This document shows, piece by piece, positions 63,666-64,000 of a stretch of DNA of 64,000 nt (positions are counted from its first letter, which is position 1; every line of letters begins with the position of its first letter). Both the position numbers and the translations under genes were made by a program. A model generated the notes under the pieces. The model searched no databases. It was not told the DNA's origin and saw nothing but the letters and a program-made list of their open reading frames with translations. Source of the DNA: Hypanus sabinus (lineage: Eukaryota). The stretch lies in the NCBI RefSeq assembly GCF_030144855.1, contig NC_082718.1, positions 31,248,001 to 31,312,000 on the forward strand, written 5' to 3'.

Positions 63666-64000
63666 GGAACAGGAGCTAGCTAGTACAGGAGTGATATGTT
63701 CCCTTATCCTGGTTCTGAATGAGTTGAAATTTGTCAATAGATTGCTTGACTAGATAAGTAGCTGAATCTGGGTATAGCTCATTTGGATTTCTGTCAATGT
63801 CCCGCACATGGTTGTTTGCCGTGGTTATGGAGCATAGAATTGTCATGTTTTAAGAATTTGTTAATTCACAGTCTCTCCCAAGTCCCACTGCGAAACAGCA
63901 AGCCAAAATTTCTCACCATTTAAATAATCTGATCTTCATTTTAACCTTCCAAAATGGAAGACCTCATATTTACCATCATTGTACACCATCTCCCCACTCA

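Noticed and set aside
57640-64000. CDNF exon 2 (VC..FL..F...)
   Set aside because: No matching exon seen; 'NVCVGLHLAL*' at about 59941 lacks a proper acceptor and stops

Overview
Eukaryotic (vertebrate) genomic DNA. The repeat landscape suggests a cartilaginous fish, probably a ray/batoid; this is inferred from HE1/V-SINE-like SINEs, CR1 LINEs and Penelope tails, not proven. The window holds a complete 14-exon HSPA14 (Hsp70L1) gene on the minus strand (CDS 57255->20342; 1533 nt, 510 aa; all introns GT-AG and in frame). Head-to-head with it, 269 bp away across a CpG-rich promoter with five CCAAT boxes, is exon 1 of a CDNF/MANF-family gene (+). Downstream, a second CpG island carries the probable first coding exon of SUV39H2 (-). 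This matches the CDNF-HSPA14-SUV39H2 order known from human 10p13. The rest is mostly transposon debris: nested CR1, L1/Tx1, Rex1/Babar, RTE and L2 fragments, V-SINEs, Tc1/Tigger/hAT MITEs, a full-length decayed Gypsy LTR element with a tRNA-Trp PBS, and a solo LTR. The most notable non-coding signal is a family of Penelope-associated minimal type-I hammerhead ribozymes, with one sequence-perfect copy at 12591-12628 and about 8 decayed copies. No prokaryote-type system is supported. Most ORFs in the ORF track are TE remnants or spurious.
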